From contig CDLV01000006.1 in assembly GCA_001244265.2 (NCBI GenBank), forward strand, positions 682,001 to 746,000: a DNA stretch of 64,000 nucleotides, read 5' to 3'. A model generated the notes under the pieces. That model was not told the DNA's origin. It saw only the letters and a list, made by a program, of their open reading frames with translations, and ran no database searches. This DNA is from Microbotryum violaceum. Lineage: Eukaryota. Each line of letters opens with the position of its first letter. The stretch's first letter is position 1. The translations under genes were made by a program, and so were the position numbers. Shown one piece after another: positions 45,801 to 62,037 of the stretch.

Positions 45801-48733
45801 TCGACTCGCCGCGTCGTTGACCTCGATGTGGGGTGCACGGTCCCCTGTCTGCGATTTTGCTTCAGACCCGTACCCCGCTCCATCGGCCTCGCTCTGCGCT
45901 TTGGGCGGCGCAAACGCCATGATCCGTGCACCACCCTGGTCCCTGGTCACGTTTGAACGAGTTCGGGCCTATACCAGTATCCTCCCACCCGTAAGTGCTT
46001 CCCTTCTCGTTTGCCCTTGCTCTTGCTCGATCGATGTCCATCGGGTGGCACGGCCGACGCTTATCCGTTGATGGTGCTCCCATGCTGACCCCCAAGTCTA
46101 CCAATACATGATCACCCCCGACGTTCCCTAGCCCCGCAAGGGGTCATTCGGCTCTGCCCCCGGATGACACCACTTTCAACCTAGCTCGTACCGCCCACTG
46201 CTCAAGAACGGTGAGTCGGCTTGTCATGCGACGTTGCTGCCCGCACTAATCGACGGTCGCACAGTAAGCGGTCGCATAGAGGAGGTCGCCTCGAGGACCC
46301 CCCGATCTGATGGTGCTTACATTGCCACTGGACGAGCCCGGTGACTGACACTGCCATATGTTCATCGCTCTGCACTAGCTCGAGCTGGACTCTATCTCCC
46401 ATCGAGAATGATCTGCACGTGGTCGGGGTACAGTAAGTGATCAAGCCTCGGCTGACCCGTTTCGGGCTTTCGGACTTATTCTAGACATAGAAGAGGAGAT
46501 GATGGGGTTGGACCGTGAGATGGAGATGACAAAGTGTAGAATATTCTGCTCGTCATACTCACAAGACATCGAAGTATGGTGAGTCAGTTCGTGCGACGTT
46601 CCCCTCTGGCCCTCGCTCGGTCGCACAGGGGCGGGTGGGGGGTTTTCGTCTTGGACTCGACCTCGCTCGATCATGCATGGTCATTATCATCATCATCAGC
46701 CATCATGGTCATCCATCATCATTCATCATCATCATCGTCATCATCCAGAAGTCGCGGCCATATCAGGCGGTCGTAACGTGTAACGCATACCAGGGTGTCC
46801 CGTGAACGCAACTGGACGGGCTCACCTGTCACGTAGGGGCAGAGAAGGTGCATGCAGAGCACTGAAGCTCAGCTCAAAGTGTATTGATACAACTCGATCA
46901 CTGACCGTTGATCGCTCACGGTGGGGCGTTTTCGAACCCAAAGACAGATGTTTATTCGAACTGTCTCGCCGTCCATGATCTTCGCAGTATGTCGTTGTGG
47001 TGCAGTGTCCAGAGGACTGCAGCTCGAGGCTCAAGATAGGTAGATACCTGCCCCTCCAGCTACCCCTTCCCCTCCCCGAGCTATGCTGCATTGAAACCAT
47101 CTTTTCCACCGTTGTAAGCCTTTCGACGCTTGGTGGGAGCACTCGGCACGAAATGAACAGGTGCATACAGTCGCTGGCTTCCAGTTTCAAAACATCCCTT
47201 GAACATCGTTATGATGGTGGATCCAGGTAAACAAACTAGGACCATGGGCAGGATCTAGCCAGGTATGAAGGTGCAGAAATATTGAGATTGTTGTGCACGT
47301 TGTGCCGTACCGGAGTTAGTGTCGGTGCGCTGTCGCAACGACACGCTGTGTGCTACAACCAGCGACGAGCGATGGCCGGCTTCGTCTGAGTCGTCTCGGT
47401 CTCGCCCCTTGAGACCTGAGCTGAGGTAGACCTGAAGGGCAAGGATGCTATAGTCACGTGGCGTGGCAAGACAGCTTTATCCTGGCTTCATTTGAGCTGA
47501 TCTAAGCACAGCAGGCAGGGCTCAAGCTTCGATCCTCGCGTCGAGGGCAAGCCTTTTCACGGCTGAGTCACCAATGGCCGCGGCCGCCGTGATGTCGTGG
47601 ACCTTGGCTGCTCTTGTTTCACGTCGCGACCTGTCCCCACGCGCGATGCCACCGGCCAAATTATCTCTCACAGGATCACTCATGACGATTTTCCTCTCTC
47701 GACGGTTGTAACAAGGTAAATGGGCATGAACATCCACTCGAGTTGGGCATCCGCCACTACCTGATAGGTCGGCAGACTGCAGCCTATAGGTCGTACGTCG
47801 GCTAGCCCTCGGCACATAAAAGTCGTACGTCGACCAGCGGGAGCAGTGGCTCGGCCTTTAAGAGCAGAATTCGCCATCGTTGTTCGGCACGCACCAGCCG
47901 ATTTTCGTCGACCCCGACCCCGATCGATTCCCTGAAATTACATTGGGGTGCGGTCAGCGACTATTTCGCCGGGTGTTGCCACCTAGCACCTCAGTAGTTC
48001 CCTTTCATCATTTTCAAGGTGTTTCAAATGGGAAAGGCGACTTTGGCAGATCAGCGCACGGTCGGTGGAGGAAAACCAGCAGGAATTTTCTGCGTGCACT
48101 GGATGGTGGATCCGCTGACGACAGGTGGCAGCTGTAACAAGACCGAAGATTCCCGCGAGCACCTAAATCTTGACTCTCGATTCAAGCCGACGCGGAACAG
48201 CGAGCTAAGGTCTTTGAGGTCTCGGATCCAAGTCCGACGGCACTGTCTCGGCGCGACGCAGGGTGGCCCAGCTCAAGGAAGTGCTAGCGCACGACCGGCG
48301 GAGGAACGCACGGCACCGCTTGCTTAGCGCGGCCATGGAGGGCGGCGGGAGCGGAGGGTTCAGCAGGTTCGACAGCCAGAACGATGTCTCACACCACGCC
48401 AAATTCTTTCTCATTATGTGCGAACCCAAGCAAGGTCGGGCGACTCAGGTACACGGTGTCGTGTTTGAGTGATTAGCAAGCGCTCGCTTCATTAGCGACA
48501 GGTTACTCGTGATTTGTGAGTCCGCGGGACGTAGGTAAGGCCTAAATGAACTGTCCACGGCTTGAGGGGCAGCCGGCGGCCTCGCAGCAGCCGATTTCGG
48601 TTCCGGCAGTTTCCGGCCACGTTTGTGGCACCGCATCGGTAGCTCGCCCCCGGAGACGAAGATGAATCATTTCCCTCCATTTTTCTACCTGCACACCCGC
48701 AGCTTGACCTGTTGACTTCTCCTCGACCTGGAA

Positions 48734-50397
48734 ATGCCTTCCACGATGTTGAAAGGTGACAATGGCCTGCTTCCCCTGGCCAAAGGTCTTGCCTGTGAGT
48801 GCAGGTCTTGTCTGGCAGGGCCGGTTCATTTGGTGCAGCGACGAGTGGCTTCTCGGACTTAGCGACTGACCGTGATTGCCACTGCTCGCACGCTATTCCG
48901 CGGAGCTCAGGTCAGCGCTGCAAGGCACGCAAGACTCGTTGCTCTGGCGAAAGACCCGCGTGTTTGGCTTGTATTCGTTCTGGTGAGTGATGCATTGCTT
49001 GTGCTGTCGAGTTCCCCTGTGGCTCGACCGACCCTCGAGGGCCTGGACCAGGGGTTCCCCGTGCTGACGAATTGTCGGGTCTCCACGCACATGTGCGGCA
49101 TACTCAAAAATCGCCCTCCGCCTTCTAACCGATCTCCAACAGCTCGATTCAAGCATCTCCCAACAGATAACATCGTTTGTACTTACAACGAGGATCCTAC
49201 GAGCCAACCTGCGAGCTCCGAGTTCATCGTGTCAACTTCCTCTAGCTCGCCAAACCGCAGCCGCCACGGGACGGAGTCGCCTCCTGTTGGGGGCTCTTCA
49301 CCGAGTTAGTCAAGTCCTCCTCCCTCCGTCTGATTTTCTTCCTCGATATGTACAGGTTTGACGTTTTTAGAGCTCCATACTCACTGGCATCACCCCCTCT
49401 TCGCACAGTACCGACATACGCCCCTTTTCGTGTCGTTTCGGATGCCCCAGCGCATGCCACCACTGCTTCGGGCTCGCAACCCGTTGGTGCACCACTAGTG
49501 TCGAATGGACTCGGCCATGACTCTGGTCTCTACTCGCTCAATCTGTCGGATCTTCACGGGGCGTACAGACCTCCGGGTGACTCATACCAACACAGGCCAC
49601 TCGCCGACACCCGAGCGGACCCCTCAATGGATCGCCCGCCTCTAAGTCGACTCCACCCCGTGCTCCACGTCGCACAAAGTCAGCTCCACGTACCGAATTC
49701 GCAGTTGCATTCGACGGTCTATCCACAACCAACTTTCTCACCCTACTCCCCCACACTGAACAGCCTTCCCTTGTACGCGCCACCGGAAATACCCACCAAT
49801 TTCAACCTGGCATATTCATCGTTGCATCGGTTCGCGGATACCATCGCGACGGGGGTCAACACGGCACCATCACCCATATCCCACTGGGCGACCCTCGGGC
49901 ATAGCTCGAGGAGAGCTTCCGCATCGACCATTCCCTCGCAGACCCCAACCCCAGACCCCGCCGATGTCGCAATGCACCGCAATGCCGATGGCGGTAGCAC
50001 CATCGGAGGTCGTAGATCGTCCGAGCCAGACCGCGCAAGCGTCGCTGGAAAGCACCTCTCCTCAATTCCGGACTCACCACGTGGTGCTCGTCTTCATCAA
50101 CGTCCTCATCGAACCATAAGCGATCGAACACCAGGCAGCAGTCCCTCTACTCTGCCCTCTCCCCTTCTGCCCCTCGACCTCGCTTCCGTGCAAGCCGCCG
50201 GAGCCGCCGAGCTCGGATCAACGGCATCGTACAGCCACTGGGTCGCGGCGGGGTTGCCCACACACGCGATTCCGGACGCAAACGAGGGCGGGGAGTATTC
50301 GGAGGACTTGTACTCGAGAGCGATGTACGACCTGAGCTGGGAATATGAGCCCGCCACTGTCTGGGGGAACCCGAGCACGTCGGGAAGCGGCGGGTAG
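48734..50397 (+). CDS. Zn(II)2Cys6 transcription factor, 4 exons
   Basis: Spliced KGLA-CQRCKARKTRCSGERPACLACIRS-ARFKHLPTDNIVCTY, followed by a Pro/Ser-rich C-terminus. Confidence 0.85.
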
Positions 50398-50640
50398 CAG
50401 GTATCTGGACGGAGTCTGATCTGGCGTTCTTGGAGGCCTTGTGGATCACAGGAGCTATTCGGGGAGTGATCGTTTGCAAGAGGTTGGCCCGCTTAGATGT
50501 ATGAGCGGGATTAAGTATGTAGTTCTCTACGACTAGTAGTATCGCATAGGACCGCGCACCACAATCCGTTTAGCATAGCAACATCGCCGTTAAATACATT
50601 TGCGTTTCCATAGTGTCTAGTTTTATGGTCAATGACATTT

Positions 50641-52167
50641 CTATCGTTTCTGAAGTGCCAAAACGACCAGGTTCGAACGATGAGCGAGCGCATGTGGATG
50701 ATTACGAACAGTCGTTGCCAAACTGACCTTGCTCGCAGCTCCACGCTTCGCTTTGGGCTCGGCTTTGGCCGACACCGACGCTTGCGTTTTTCTCCGCCCT
50801 ACACTCTCTTGCTCGGGAGCTGTGGCGACCGACGACGAGCGAGTGTGTCGTGACCGCTTGCTCACTTTGCTGGCGGCAGTGGCTGTATATACAGTGGACA
50901 ACAGCGATCAGTCATCGGGCGTAGTTGCACCGCGCGAGCCCGAGTGACAAGCTCTGGCACCCACTCTTTTCCTCGTCCCGCTCTTCATCTTCGTCCTCCT
51001 CTTCGTCATTCCTGTTTGCCTCGCTCGCTTCGTCGTTGCCATCGTCTTCGTCGCTCATGTCCGTCAGGTCGCTTTCGCTATCCGCGCCTGCGCCCGCACC
51101 CGCAGCCTTGTCGTCCGACGCCGCTTTCTTGGTCGCTTTGGTCTTAGTCGTAGATTTACCTGCGCCGGCTCTTGTCGAAGTCGCAGTTGTTTCGCGCTTG
51201 GTACGCTTTCTGCCCTTGGGCCGCTCGTCTTCTTCTTCCTTCTCGTCCTCCTCTTCGTCTTCCTCGTCCCTTTCTTCCTTCTCATGGGACTCGGCGTCAC
51301 TCGCCTTCTCCTCGTCATCACTATCATCTGGCAGTGTCAGGGAAAACTCTCTAACGGGTCCTAATTCTGGGCTGGCTGGGTCGCCCTTTTTGCGCAACTT
51401 CCTCTGCACCAGGAGTTCGTTGAACATCGATTCGGGAGCCATAGGATCGATCTCGGCAAGGGAGTCGTCTTCCTTGGTTTTGGATCTACCCCGCGCCTTG
51501 CTCGAGGTTGAGACGGGTGGTGTCACGGTCGATGAAGAAGAAGAAGCAGGGGGAGGGTAAGAGACGAGAAGCGAGAAGGGGCGGGGTGGGAATCGGCGAG
51601 AGATCCATGCCGGTGCCGAGGGAGGCTTGGTCGACGATTTGCGAGAAGAGGCGTCTTGGGGAGCGCCTACATCCGATCTTGTTGATACTGGGGGCGAGTT
51701 GGCCTCCGAGTTGGAATCTTCTTCGTATTGCTGGAAGGCGGGGTTCAGATCATTGGAACGGGTCGTCAGCTCGAGCTCCACGAGGTCGCTTGGACAGTCA
51801 GCAAGTGCGGACCGACCTCATTCTCCCACGTCTGTTCCAGCTCAGCAAGGTCATAGCATTCGTCGTACTTGTCCCAGAAATGTCGCATCTCGACGTTCTC
51901 GGCGTCGCGGTACTCCTCAAAGCCCTCGCTGACCCGCGAGCGGCAGTAGTTGCGGAACTTGAGCGCGACCGACAACATCTCCCAATGGCGGTCCGGGCCG
52001 AAAGGTCGATGGTAGATGAGCGCTCGGAAGAAGGCTAATTCACCGGGGATGGTCGAGAGGTAGGACGAAGGGGACGTGGACGGGGAGGGGGAGTTCGAGC
52101 TAGACGTGGAATCCTCCGCCTTGGCCGACGAGGACAGCGGAGGAACCCATGTTGGTAGGGCGACCAT
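50641..52167 (-). CDS. EAF7: NuA4 complex subunit Eaf7 (MRGBP family)
   Basis: GELAFFRALIYHRPFGPDRHWEML...FWDKYDECYDLAELE, an EFSL motif, and an acidic/basic low-complexity tail. Spliced end KR*. Confidence 0.8.
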
Positions 52168-52625
52168 TTTAACTCGATTGACCTTGTTGTTGATGTCGTG
52201 TAGCCAAGAAGTAAATCTGAACGGCGGGCGCGGCTGTGGACTGGTCTAATGTGACGCACACCGTGTGCACACGATTGACGAAGGAGCGACGGCGTGTAAG
52301 TTTGTCGAGACGGAAACTCAGTATCTACAAAAGTGTGTGTGTTCTTCGAGGAACTGTCGAAACAAAGCAGAGTAGAGCCGTAAGCAGAGCGCGAAGGGGC
52401 GGGCGCTCTGTGCTGCACGCGACCAGGAAGCTGAACTCGGTTGCTCATTCTGTGTCTAGAGGATTCAGGCGTGCGCGCACGACAACCCCTCGCGATGGTG
52501 ACCCCGATTGGAAGCACACCGTGATTTTTACAACATTTTTGCATCAAATAGTTACGAAGTAAGAAAAACAAACGACATCGCTGCCGTGTGAAAGACGAAA
52601 AATAACCCTAGTTAAGCATCCTCAA

Positions 52626-53213
<588 letters not shown>

Positions 53214-53725
53214 TCAGGTCAATCTTGAGCCGCTGCCTCGCGTTAGGTGCTCCAGGTCCCTGTCAGGGAAAATGTCAGGCCTGTCATTAGAGCGCCTCGA
53301 GTGATGATGGTACAGGTTGAACGACCGAGCGCGAGCGCCTCACCTAGCTCGAGACTCCCCCGAGCTCCGCCGAGCGGCCGATCGCCTAACCCGAGGCAGC
53401 GCTGCGTCCACGCCTCGGCCGCAGCTCAATTCGCTTCCGCGGGCTTGCGCGGCGCCTGGGGGGTTTGAAAAGTGGTGACCTAGGTCGAGGCAGCACATGG
53501 GGGCGTACCAACCTAGAGCAAGTCAAAACGCCTCGCTCTCTCAACCGGCAAACGAACGCAGACGCAGAGAACGACTTTGCGCATCGTGGTTGCGTTACCT
53601 CTTGTCTTCCTACACACCACACCACATCTCACTCTCTCACGCTCGGCCTGACCTAATCCAAGTCAGCCCAATCAAAGCACACTTCTTCAACACCCACTAC
53701 AACCCCCCCCTCAACCTAAACAAAC

Positions 53726-54202
53726 AGTGAGTCTTTACATTGCAACCTTCAAAGCCACAAGATAATATACTGACCCTTGGTGGCCCCTATCTTACTGCTT
53801 CGCGCCTCGCCAGTGTCTGGACGTGGAAAGGGCGGAAAGGGACTTGGAAAGGGCGGAGCCAAGCGTCACCGCAAGATCGTGAGTCGTTTGCAACGTTTAC
53901 GTCTCTTTCACATCTTGGCTACATGTCCTTACATTACCATGTCTCGCATCTCACAGTTACGCGATAACATCCAGGGTATCACCAAACCCGCCATCCGCCG
54001 TCTCGCGCGTCGTGGTGGTGTCAAGCGTATCTCCGGCCTCATCTACGAGGAGACTCGAGGTGTGCTCAAAATCTTCCTCGAGAACGTCATCCGTGACGCG
54101 GTCACCTACACCGAACACGCCAAGCGCAAGACGGTCACCTCGCTCGATGTCGTCTACGCCCTCAAGCGATCCGGACGAACCCTATACGGTTTCGGCGTCT
54201 AG
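53726..54202 (+). CDS. HHF1: Histone H4 (introns 53727-53813, 53879-53956; ATG split by intron 1)
   Basis: A|TG TCT GGA CGT GGA AAG gives [41 protein letters not shown]...TLYGFGV*. Divergent from H3. Confidence 0.97.
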
Positions 54203-55900
54203 ATTTATTGATTATTGTGCTTGTGCTCCTTTGATTTCCCCCCTGTTGTAACACATACCGGCATTCCAGTCTACACTTGTTTTGTCACCGTCAGGTGGGG
54301 CGAACCTCAGTGGGCAAGTATTCTGCAGAGCTACCTAAAGAAGCGCCGCTCGTTGTGATGCTTTACGGAACGGGCGTATATGTAGGCACCCTTCACGGCT
54401 AGAATTATCGAGTTCTAGTACGGCTCGCTTTTAGTCTAGCGGTTAAGAACGACAGATTGTGGTTATGCACACCAGTGAGAACCGGATCAACGGGGTGATG
54501 TTCAACTATGCAGGAGACCGTCGCGTCGGTCATGATGGCCATCGCGCGGACCACGCTGCTGCTAGCAGCACGGCTGGCTCGTATACGTGTCGCAGTACCA
54601 GGATTGGTTGGGTTGTTGTCATCATGTCCGGGGGCCTGAATCCGTTGATCGGAAGTTCGGAATGGGACGAAAAGGACTGAAGGAGGGTCGAGCAGCGGCC
54701 CCTGGGTAACGTGGCGCCAGGGTGAGCGGCCATCGCAACTTCGCCGAGTATTGGGAGCGCGGGTTTCCCCTTGAATGAGTGTCACCAAAGTGCAATGAGA
54801 GTGGGAGAGTGGGAATAAGGAGGAAGGAGTCACGCGCGATTATCTACAGCCTCTCGACCTTCATGTTGTTGAGCAGCCCCTGAAACCGGTGTCGCGATAC
54901 GTCACGTCATTGACAGAACCAATCGCGCGGTCCGCCCCACGCATCAACGACGACGGGCCCATGCCCGAGCTTTATAGAAGAAGTGTCATGCGGACCCGTG
55001 CGCTTGCTATCGACTGCTTGCTATCTATCTACCCATCTACCTACATGTACTTTAAAGATTGCACCACAAAAAACCTCTTTTAAATAAGGGTTCCACGCTT
55101 TTTTTTCTTTTTTTTTTCTTTTCTTTTCTTTTTTTCACCTTCTCCGCTTTCCGCTTAAGGTCTAGGAGGTGCGGGCGGAGCTCGCATCGACTTTGAGTCA
55201 AGCAGGGGGAAAAGGGGGGCCCTAAGTACATCAATTACTACACAAGCCGCTCAACGGTGCCCCCGCCTTGCGGGCTTAAGCTCAATTCTCATGGCCGAGA
55301 CAACGCAGAAATGGCCGTACATGACTCCTGATTGGGACGCCGATACCACAGGCAGGCGCAGCAGACTACAGTATGCTCACCACAGGCGGCCCGCAACACG
55401 GTCAAAAACAGCGACAGCGATATAGGTACATGCCATATGGATCGCCGATCGACACCTTTTAGTTAAAGAGGGAGTAAGCAGAGGCGCGAACCTTACAGCT
55501 AAGTAGGCGGGGACTCGGGTGCACGGAGATGCCTTACAGAGTTGTGATTCACCCAAAGTTTAAGCAGAGTATTCGTACCGGGCTTACTTTGGGTCAACAA
55601 ACAAGTCCGTGCATCCTCGGCATTTTTCTGCCCCTTGTTAATAGTACCCCTTATTAGTAGTAATGCATTTTCTGCTGCACAGGCGGACCAGCCGGAAAAG
55701 GCAAGCGGACGGGGAAAAGGAGACGAACGTTAATAAATTCGCTTGCGTCACTTACGTCTTTGCCTCACAGTGAGAAAAGGGCCGCGGAGCCGCGGGCTTC
55801 CCCACCTTGCTCAAAAAAGTTCGCCACCGGTAAACCCCCTCTCCTCGCTATCTCCCACCGCCTCACACCTCGAAAACTCATCATCCATTTGAAAGACACC

Positions 55901-58337
<2,437 letters not shown>

Positions 58338-58856
58338 GATCTGAGATAAGGGGGCTCGGAAGGGTTTTTTGCGTGACTATCGATGGCACTTGGGTATAAA
58401 ATATTTCGGAATGATCATATGGGAAAGAATCGGAAATGAAATGCAGAAGCTTCTACTGTCCAATCTGGACTTACGACGGCGCGCAGACCCCGAGACCGTC
58501 AATCCGCAGCAGTTTTTCGTACGACGTCAGCCTGTGCACTCGTTTTCTTCGCCGCCTTTGACTCTTGCCCTAAGCTCGACCGGAGCTTGTATCGTTTGAA
58601 ATCGGGATTTTTGTGTGTGTGCTGTTCTGGCGAGTTAGCTCCTGTCTGAGATCATCCACCTGGCACCGCTGTCACCTGTGGCCCCTGCGCGCACATGAAT
58701 CCCCCACAGGTGGGCAGCAATTGAAGGTGCTCCGAGCGCTGGGGGAGCGGGGCCCGACGGGGCCGACGCGACACGCCCATTGGTTGAGTGGACTTTCATT
58801 GGGCTCCGCTCATCTCGCGTTCGACGTCTCGGCGACAACGGCATCACATCACCAGC

Positions 58857-60700
58857 ATGGCCCCGAACGCGATCGCTTTAGCCATGCAACAGAACCTCGA
58901 TGCCGAAGCCGAGGCCGATCGTTTCTTGCAAGAGCAGGACGAACAGGATGAACGAAGTCTTGGAACGATTGAAGGGGGTGCAGGGGGAGGAGAAGGAGGG
59001 GGAGGACCCAACTGTGCAGGAGGAGGAGGGACCGGCGGCGCAGGAGGGGAGGGTTTGAAGCTGAGCTCCAAACCGCTTGAGACGAGGTTGGTGATGCAGA
59101 ATAGTGGGGAGAATGACGACGATGACGACGAGGCGTTTCGGAGAGAGTTGGACGAGTTGGAGAGGGAAGAGAGCATGATGCCTTCGAGTGCGGTCGCGAC
59201 ACCGGCGGTGAGTACGAGGCTCAGCGAGGAGATCCCTTGCAGTACATACAACTAACAAGTTGGCACGGCTTCATAGGTACGACGGATGCATCCGGCACCT
59301 GTCATCGCCGTGTGGATCTTTTTGTCGTCGTCCGTCATCCTCTTCAATGCTCGGATCCTGGGTCGGTCCTCTCTCTGCGGTCCAGCGCGCTAGTAGGACA
59401 TTCTACCATGGATTCTGAACGTATTTTACCACCTCACAGGCAAAAAGGAAGGCGACTTTAACTTCCCTTACCCCATCTTCCTGACGACCGTGCACCTTCT
59501 CTGGGCGACGATCGGCACCCGAGTCCTCGCTCGCTTCACCCATCTCTTGGACGGTCTGCAAAACATCAACATGACCTGGGACCAATACACGCGCAACATC
59601 CTCCCAATCGGAGCCTTGTTCTCGGCTTCGCTTATTTTTTCTAACCTCGCGTACCTCACCCTCTCGGTGTCGTTCATTCAGATGCTCAAGGCCTTTACTG
59701 CTGTCGCGGTCTTGACGATGAGCGTGATGATGGGCCTTGAGCAGTTCAGCAGGAGAACGACCATCGTCGTGTGCTTCATCTCGATGGGTGTCTTTATCGC
59801 GAGTTACCACGAGGCCAATTTGTGAGTCTATCGCCGGGTTTTGGAGCTTGTCGTTCGTAAAACGCGCACTGACCGACGAACGTCTCGTTGTTTCAGCATA
59901 TTTGCCGGTTTCATCTTCCAATCCTTGGGCATCTTGTTTGAAGCGACACGACTAGTGTAAGTCGTCCACTTTCTATTGACCTGAACGGGAAACCACTTCG
60001 AACCTCACTTCGATGCTCGTTACCGCCCCACAGAGCGATCCAAAAACTCCTCCAAGGCTTGCGGATGGACCCGCTCGTCTCGCTGTACTACTTCGCACCC
60101 GTATGCGCGGGGTTGAACCTTTTTCTCGTGCCTATATTCGAGGGGTACCGACCGTTTGAACTCATTCTCAAACGGGTGGGAGGGTGTGTTACGATGTAGA
60201 TTACTCGAGTTGAGATGATCTCGATGAGAAGCTGACATGTCGTTTTGCGTGTTCATCTTGCAGTTTCACCTTGTTCATCAACTGCAACTTTGCGTTGCTG
60301 CTCAACATCTCAGTCGTATACCTCATTGGGTGCGCGAGCTCGTTGGTGCTCACGCTTTCGGGTCAGTCTTCTTTCTTCGAGCTGGATATGGGTGGGGCAT
60401 GTGTATTGATGACTGATGGTCTGTTACGTTTTGTCAAATCCACTCCAGGCGTATTGAAGGACGTTCTTCTCGTCACCGGCTCCGTGGTGCTCTACAGATC
60501 GCCCATCTCGTTTGCCCAGGTCAGAACACGGGATCCGAATCGCCCGACCCAAGAATTCAAGGTGTGTACTGATACAATTTCTTCTGTCCATGTAGATGCT
60601 CGGATACTCGATCGCCCTTGGTGGTTTAGTCGTGTTCAAGACGCCGCCGGAAGTGATGGCGGGGTATATCGCGAGGGTCAAAGCGATAGTCGGGCGGTAG
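58857..60700 (+). CDS. TPT / nucleotide-sugar transporter family protein
   Basis: WIFLSSSVILFNA, FPYPIFLTTVHL, SNLAYLTLSVSFIQMLKA, MDPLVSLYYFAPVC, LTLSGVLKDVLL, GYSIALGGL. Confidence 0.88.
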
Positions 60701-62037
60701 GAGTGAGGGCGGACGGACCAGGTAGAAGAAACGTTTTTTTCAGCTGGAGTTGTGACGCAGTAAAGAGGATGACGCTGTCTCTTTGTATGTCTTGAAGGTC
60801 TGTTCGAAAAAGTGAACTTGTAACGACGTGCTTCCCCTTGTGCATCGATATCTCCCTTTTTGTCGTCTGAGTTTGTGCAACTGGTGCACGGAATCAGGCT
60901 GATCCAATTGCGTGTGGATTTTAATCGTGCAGTAAGATATTGAAAAATTTGTTGGAAAAGCTGTCTAAGGCAATAAAACTGTGAATCCTCTCGGTGCCAC
61001 CGTTAACGAGCCGAGCAGGAATATCAAGGAGCTGTGGTGCATGCGCGAGGAACCGGATTCAGTCCCTTTGATTCAACGAGAAAGCAAAAGCAGACACTGA
61101 TATTACCAACCTTTCGATCTCACCGTACGTACAGCCCGATCGTTCGAGAACTTGAAAAAGCTGAGAAGGTTCAACTTGATGCCGTATGCTTAAAGCCCGT
61201 CCCGGCCCGGGGGAGTTTGGTGGGGAATATTCCACTAGAGAAGTAGGGAATGGGGAGGATGACATAAGAGAGGCAATATGAACTATCCGTCGAATCACCA
61301 AAGGTCTTATGCGAGGATGAAGTCGACATAGTGAGGTGTCGAGCTCGAGATATTGAATGTCCGGAGAAACGCTCGCTGCGAAAGAGTCAAAGAGCCTGCG
61401 CTAGCTGGCCCCGCTCGGATTCGACATCGTGGCAACCTTGGAATTTTTCGATGAAGAAATAAAATAAAACCCGATTTAACCTTGAAGATCCAGGCCCTAT
61501 GTGCCCTCACAATCCGAGATCTCGATAAAGGCGAGCGAGGTTTGTTCTTGTTTGATCGGGACTTTCAAGAAGAACGGTGGCGGTGCTGTTGGACGGGTTC
61601 GGGCGCCGGGCTCCCGAGTCGGATTCGAGAGCGAATCGACTCAAGTCGGCTCAGCCTTCAGCCTGGCTCAGCCGTCACTCGGCGCCGTGGCAGAGAGCAC
61701 GCGGCGACGACGAGCAACGGGAATCCCTTTCTCCCGTTCACCTCTCTAGCGCAACTAATAGCACCTCCGCGGTTGGAATCTTCATCAAGGCAGGGAGAAC
61801 AGCTCGACAATCGACTTTGGATCGATCCACTTCGGGGACCAGCTCTAGCTGCTCCGACTCACACCCGGGGAGCGACGACCAGAGCTAGCAACGCGCGCGT
61901 GGTTTCACACCCAACACCACCTCAGCTGAGACGACCGAGTCGACCCGAAAATCGACCCAGACACCTCGGCTAGGTACACGTAGAGCCGTCGCATTCGGTA
62001 TCCTCTTGGTTCCTCAGACGCATTCTTGGAATCCATC

